Shown: one piece after another, positions 59,721-64,000 of the stretch | Position numbering within the stretch: position 1 is the first letter of the stretch | Layout of the letters: the number at the start of each line of letters is the position of its first letter | NCBI GenBank assembly: GCA_018238155.1 | Contig: JABCTZ010000032.1 | Coordinates: forward strand, 160,001-224,000 | Reading direction: 5' to 3' | Source of the DNA: Candidatus Heimdallarchaeota archaeon | Lineage (GTDB): Archaea; Asgardarchaeota; Heimdallarchaeia; JABLTI01 | DNA length: 64,000 bases | Notes under the pieces: model-generated | What the model saw: only the letters and a program-made list of their open reading frames with translations | Told to the model about the DNA's origin: nothing | The model's database searches: none | Made by a program: the position numbers and the translations under genes

Positions 59721-61124
59721 TTGAGTGAAAAAAGGAACATCGAAATAGATGAAACTATCTCAGTTGAAGCAAAAATGAAACCAACCGCTGTACCTGAAAC
59801 AATTATTTTTGAAGAAAAAGAGACTCTTACATCTGAGATCAACGAAGAATCAGCTTTAACACTACCTAAAATTTCACAAAAAAGTGTAGAGCTTTCCGTT
59901 AGAATCGAGACTAGAGATGATTTATCCGGTGTAGCTGTTTTTTCAAAAGAAGATGCAATTAAACTTTCATTACAAGAAAATGACTATGTGGAATTATATG
60001 ATTCTGCAGTTGGCAAATCTGGAGTAATAAAAGCTTGTATTGATGATGAACTCTCGATTGGTTGGATATTAATTGATCAAAATATTTATCATGTCTTCAA
60101 TTTCACAAGCGAGTCATTAAGAGTGAAAGTATTTCAACAAGAACCCTACACAGCGGATAAAGTAACACTTTCCATCAGTTCTTTATCAGGCGATGTTTTT
60201 GACCTAGTGAATGAATTCAGAAATGATAGTAGTTCACTGAAGGAATTTCTGAAAAATTATGTTATTAGAAAAGGTTTAGTGTTAATGTGGAAAGAAAAGA
60301 ATGCTAAAATCAAAATAACTGAAATTCTTCCTGAAATATCTGATGAAGAAGCGATAATTTTCGATTTTAGTAAACCACGAGTTTTAGCTATTATACCTGA
60401 AGGTGGGATAGAATTTAATGCTATTCTTTTAATGGATATCTCAAAATCAATGATCGCTCGAGATTTAGAAGTAATAAATGTCCAACCTGTTATTGAAGAA
60501 ATTAAACACGTTTTTAGATCTGTGCAAGTAGATGCATTTCTCAAAGATTTCAAAGAAGGTAATTACGTAAAAAGAAGATCTGGTGCTGCTTTCGCTGGAT
60601 TGTTATTTTTGAAAGAAAAAGTGAAGCGAGGATTAGATGAAATTATTGGTGTAATTACATTCGCAGAAGAAGCTGAAGTATTGAAATTTGATTATAAACC
60701 ATTCATAAATTCAAAAATAATGTCAAAAGGTGCTGCTGATAGATTTGCCGAGATTATAATAGAAAATGTTGAAGATAAATCAGGTGTTTCAACAAATATG
60801 GCTGGAGCAATAGAAAAATGCCTCTATATTGTAAAACACCTCCCGATACTAAAAAGACGAAATCCTCTACTAGTAATTTTGCTTACTGATGGTTTTGATA
60901 CAAGTAAACGAGTGAAAGAAGCAGTTGAGAAGACTCTGGCTGGAAAAAATAACGTTGTTCTGTATTCAGTCGGAATAGGTCCCTATGTAAATAAACGTGA
61001 ATTGCAAGAGATAAGTGCATTGTGTGGAGGAGAAGTATTCTTACCTGAGAATTTAGAAGAATTGAGTAACTGGTATCAAAATATTGCTCGAGATTTAGCT
61101 ATTCAACTCAGTGAGAATGATTAA
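59721..61124 (+). CDS. Cdc48-N-like (double-psi barrel plus CDC48_2) domain fused to a MIDAS-bearing vWA domain
   Basis: vWA part: LLMDISKSM, STNM, ILLTDG, YSVGIG. The N-terminal part resembles Cdc48 N (LSLQENDYVEL, ADKVTL). No AAA motifs. Confidence 0.8.
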   Translation: MSEKRNIEIDETISVEAKMKPTAVPETIIFEEKETLTSEINEESALTLPKISQKSVELSVRIETRDDLSGVAVFSKEDAIKLSLQENDYVELYDSAVGKSGVIKACIDDELSIGWILIDQNIYHVFNFTSESLRVKVFQQEPYTADKVTLSISSLSGDVFDLVNEFRNDSSSLKEFLKNYVIRKGLVLMWKEKNAKIKITEILPEISDEEAIIFDFSKPRVLAIIPEGGIEFNAILLMDISKSMIARDLEVINVQPVIEEIKHVFRSVQVDAFLKDFKEGNYVKRRSGAAFAGLLFLKEKVKRGLDEIIGVITFAEEAEVLKFDYKPFINSKIMSKGAADRFAEIIIENVEDKSGVSTNMAGAIEKCLYIVKHLPILKRRNPLLVILLTDGFDTSKRVKEAVEKTLAGKNNVVLYSVGIGPYVNKRELQEISALCGGEVFLPENLEELSNWYQNIARDLAIQLSEND

Positions 61125-61324
61125 CAATATCATTCCCGATATTAAGAACTATTATTTCTAAGATCAATTATCTGCATTTTATAACTTACTTTATTGGTGA
61201 TAGGATTTGATAAAATGAAAGAAAAAGAACGGTTTGAAAAGAAGAAATTCTATTTCGATAGAAGAGTATGATTAACTTACAAAAGATGAGATTGAAACCT
61301 CATAAATTGCTTTTCAACATTGTG

Positions 61325-61666
61325 TCAATCCTTCCACACTTGAGCGCCACAATTAGGACATTCTTCATCGTCATAATTCATTTTCCTACCACAAAATTCA
61401 CATTTAGTTGAAGCTGTTTCTTTGCTAGCTTCATCATATTTTTCTTCAAATTTGACATTTGATTCTTTGCCGCGTTTCATTAGAAATCTAATAAGGAAAG
61501 CGAATCCAATAGTCGTTCCAACAATTACAAGTAACACACCAACAAACATAACTATAGCAAATACCCAGAAAGCGGTGAAGATACCTGAAAAAGGCTCTGG
61601 TATTTCAAGAGCATTAACAATAATGTTAAGTAAATTAGTAGTTATCATTGAATTTAGTCCTTTCAA
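61325..61666 (-). CDS. Single-pass membrane protein with a C-terminal zinc ribbon
   Basis: Long TM helix followed by CEFCG...CPNCGA. Confidence 0.8.
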   Translation of the reverse strand: MKGLNSMITTNLLNIIVNALEIPEPFSGIFTAFWVFAIVMFVGVLLVIVGTTIGFAFLIRFLMKRGKESNVKFEEKYDEASKETASTKCEFCGRKMNYDDEECPNCGAQVWKD

Positions 61667-61804
61667 TTAGATGATATATTATATGAATTAAGTTTCTCAA
61701 ATTATTTTAGCTTTTCGCTTTTAAAAAGATAACTAATACATAAAAATTGAATTAAAACCTTTTACAAAAGATATTTAATGGTTTATTTTTCTCCGATAGT
61801 ATCT

Positions 61805-61905
61805 GGATCCGTAGCGCAGTTTGGATAGCGCATCTGCCTCCTAATGTAAAACTATAAACAGGAGAAAGTAGAGGGTCGTGGGTTCAAATCTCACCGGATC
61901 CGCCA
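61805..61905 (+). tRNA. tRNA-Arg(CCT) with a 23-nt intron at 37/38 (61844-61866) and encoded CCA
   Basis: Acceptor GGATCCG/CGGATCC; D stem GCGC/GCGC; anticodon stem TCTGC/GTAGA; T arm GTGGG-TTCAAAT-CTCAC. Bulge-helix-bulge: CTCC/GGAG helix with TA^A and AA^A bulges. Confidence 0.95.
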
Positions 61906-61941
61906 TTTCATTTTTCTTTCTATCTTATTCAGATTTGTAGA

Positions 61942-62595
61942 TTATTTTCTTTTTTTCCCAATTAATGGAATAAGCATACCAACTTTTTTTTGATATTCAA
62001 TATACTCTTCACCAAATTCTTTCACTAAGATTCTCTCTTCATATTTTGCAGTAAAATAATAACCAATTATTCCTAATAAAAGAGGAAATAGAAGATAATT
62101 GAACATTGTTAATGGCAATCCTATGAAGTAATAACAATATGAAGCATATAATGGATGCCTTACAAATCGGAACCATCCTTTCATAGTTAAGCTCTTAGGA
62201 ATCCCCCAAGAAATGGCTTTTGTGCCGCGAGATACCCGACCAATAATGGCGGTTACTGTTCCAAAAGTAACTAATATCATCCCAATAATCTGAAAGAAGA
62301 TTCCTACAAAAGGAATGTCGAAATTAAAATATAATATGAAATTATCCCAATTCAAAAAATGAAGTATAGACCAAAATAAAAAGAATGACCAAAAAACCAA
62401 ACTAGAAAGTACAGTTACAATTTTGACAAAATTTGATTTATCCCATGGAGGATATTCTTTTGCTCCTGTTTTGGTTTTTTCAACTTTTGAATTATAAGTA
62501 ATAATATCTAGTGGAATATGAACTGTCAAGTAAAGCAAAGCATTAGAACCAATGAAAATCGCTAGGAGATTGTAGTCTAACAAAATGGTACACAA
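61942..62595 (-). CDS. Isoprenylcysteine carboxyl methyltransferase/PEMT-family membrane protein
   Basis: FRFVRHPLYA and EERILVKEFGEEYIEYQKKVGMLIP motifs. Confidence 0.9.
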   Translation of the reverse strand: MCTILLDYNLLAIFIGSNALLYLTVHIPLDIITYNSKVEKTKTGAKEYPPWDKSNFVKIVTVLSSLVFWSFFLFWSILHFLNWDNFILYFNFDIPFVGIFFQIIGMILVTFGTVTAIIGRVSRGTKAISWGIPKSLTMKGWFRFVRHPLYASYCYYFIGLPLTMFNYLLFPLLLGIIGYYFTAKYEERILVKEFGEEYIEYQKKVGMLIPLIGKKRK

Positions 62596-62742
62596 CCAAA
62601 TATGAAATAATCTACTAATTAAATATAATTGCTATAATCAGTATTTTTTACTATTCCTCATACCAATACTATAAAAATAACCTCTGATATTTAGTTAAAT
62701 AGAAAAAAATAAACAACACTTTTCTCCCTTGAGGGTTAAGAA

Positions 62743-64000
62743 TTGGAATTTGTAAAAGTATTGTTAGTTGACGATGAAGAAAATCTCTTACAGATTACTA
62801 AACTCTATCTAGAAAAAACTGATAGAAAATTTTTGATATCTATTGCTAAATCAGCAAAAATTGCTCTGAATTTATTAGTCAAGGAACCTTTTGATATTAT
62901 CATATCTGATTACAAAATGCCTGAAATGGATGGATTAGAATTTCTAGCACAAATCAAAGATCAAGGTTACAACATTCCTTTCATTATTTTTACCGGTAAA
63001 GGGCGCGAAGAAGTTGCTATTCAAGCACTTAATCTTGGGGCAGAGTATTATTTACAAAAAGGTGGTGACCCTAAAAGCCAATTTAGAGAATTAATCAACT
63101 TGATTGAAAAATCTGTTGAAAAAAGAAAATCTGATATCTCTGTGAGAAAGAGTGAAGAGAAATTCTCGAAAGCTTTTCAATTTAGTCTAAATGGTATATC
63201 TATTATCCGTTTTAGTGATCAAGTATTCTTAGATGTAAATGAGAACTTCATTAAAACTATGGGTTACTCGAGAGAAGAAATTATTGGCAAAAAGTCAAAT
63301 GAATTGAATATTTGGGCTAGGAAAGAGGATTATGAATTTTATTATAAACAATTAATTGAAACAGGAGAAATATTTGATTTTGAAACATTGATAGTAGGAA
63401 AAAATGGTCGTATTATTCCCTTACAGATTTCTGCAACTTTGATTGATATTGAGGGTGAGTTATGTATTCTCTCAATTAGTAGAGATGTTCTTGAGCTCAC
63501 TAAGGCATTAGAAGATTCAAAAGAAAATGAGATTAAATATCGTTTATTATTTGAAGAATCGCCCATTGCTATGTTTAATCTAAATATGTTTGATGTAAAA
63601 AAACACTTAGAAAAGTTTAAAATTACCGATTCGTCTCAATTTTTCGGTGCAATTAGAATACAGCCATCCTTTTTAACTGAACTAATTTCAATTGTAAAGA
63701 TATTAGCTGTAAATAAAACCGCTTTTGAATTAGTAGGTGCAAATAATAGAAATGAGCTTCTCCAATACTTCAATCATGAATATATTATGAAAAATATTGA
63801 CTTGTATTCAAAATTGATTTTACAATTGCTTTTAGGTAATACTCGTTTTGAGGATGAGATTTCAGTTATTAGTTTGAATGATGAAGCGGCAAAAATAATT
63901 CTTAGAGTGTCATTGGCACCAGGATATGAGAAAACGTGGTCTAAAGTTTTTCTATCTGCAGTAAACGTTACCAAAAGAGCACAAGCAGTGACTAATTTAA
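62743..64000 (+). CDS. Receiver (REC)-PAS-PAS signalling protein, probably a histidine kinase; runs off the window
   Basis: Not in the ORF track; translated by hand from TTG at 62743: VKVLLVDDEE...IISDYKMPEMDGLEFL...FIIFTGKGREEVAIQALNLGAEYYLQKGGDP, then PAS (DVNENFIKTMGYSREEIIGK). The frame is open to the window end. Confidence 0.92.
   Translation, partial: MEFVKVLLVDDEENLLQITKLYLEKTDRKFLISIAKSAKIALNLLVKEPFDIIISDYKMPEMDGLEFLAQIKDQGYNIPFIIFTGKGREEVAIQALNLGAEYYLQKGGDPKSQFRELINLIEKSVEKRKSDISVRKSEEKFSKAFQFSLNGISIIRFSDQVFLDVNENFIKTMGYSREEIIGKKSNELNIWARKEDYEFYYKQLIETGEIFDFETLIVGKNGRIIPLQISATLIDIEGELCILSISRDVLELTKALEDSKENEIKYRLLFEESPIAMFNLNMFDVKKHLEKFKITDSSQFFGAIRIQPSFLTELISIVKILAVNKTAFELVGANNRNELLQYFNHEYIMKNIDLYSKLILQLLLGNTRFEDEISVISLNDEAAKIILRVSLAPGYEKTWSKVFLSAVNVTKRAQAVTNL

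Noticed and set aside
374-63974. Many short ORFs antisense to, or out of frame within, real genes (e.g. 374-586, 2695-3000, 17380-17724, 51973-52380, 63342-63566, 63774-63974)
   Set aside because: They overlap well-supported genes, carry no motifs, and have the F/S/I/L-rich composition typical of shadow ORFs in AT-rich DNA.
61805-64000. tRNA-Arg as the attachment site of an integrated element
   Set aside because: No integrase and no duplicated tRNA 3' end were seen in the window; sequence beyond 64000 cannot be assessed.
1-64000. CRISPR arrays, IS elements, rRNA, selenoprotein UGA readthrough
   Set aside because: No spaced direct repeats, transposase motifs, rRNA-like stretches or interrupted redox motifs were found by eye.

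Overview
An AT-rich (roughly 30% GC by eye), gene-dense archaeal core-genome segment, most likely from an Asgard archaeon (Heimdallarchaeia-like; this is an inference). The evidence is a Rab-like small GTPase, a membrane protein with a longin-like domain, eS30, GatDE, the PoK/PPS CoA pathway and a BHB-intron tRNA. The window holds translation and RNA-processing operons (uS13-uS4-uS11; SBDS-rrp4-rrp41-rrp42-eL43-Brix-Pcc1, then eS30 and elp3), tyrS, ileS, aEF-1beta, ABCE1 and gatD/gatE. It also holds iscS/iscU, class II HMG-CoA reductase, a six-gene CoA biosynthesis operon, ABC transporter parts, several secreted or membrane proteins, tRNA-Arg(CCT) and a truncated REC-PAS signalling gene. No CRISPR array, rRNA, transposase or integrase was seen. 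The most interesting candidates are: (1) a ~200-nt nested, pseudoknot-capable RNA structure right behind a BRE/TATA-like promoter, forming a long leader to the exosome operon; (2) a Cdc48-N-domain/vWA fusion with the architecture of the eukaryotic GATOR1 subunit DEPDC5/Iml1 N-terminus; (3) a circularly permuted family-5 solute-binding protein next to a degenerate Zn-phospholipase-C-like surface protein; (4) tandem stand-alone E2-type acyltransferases lacking the catalytic His; (5) an adenylate-forming enzyme translationally coupled to the CoA operon. All calls come from motif recognition by eye; no searches were run.
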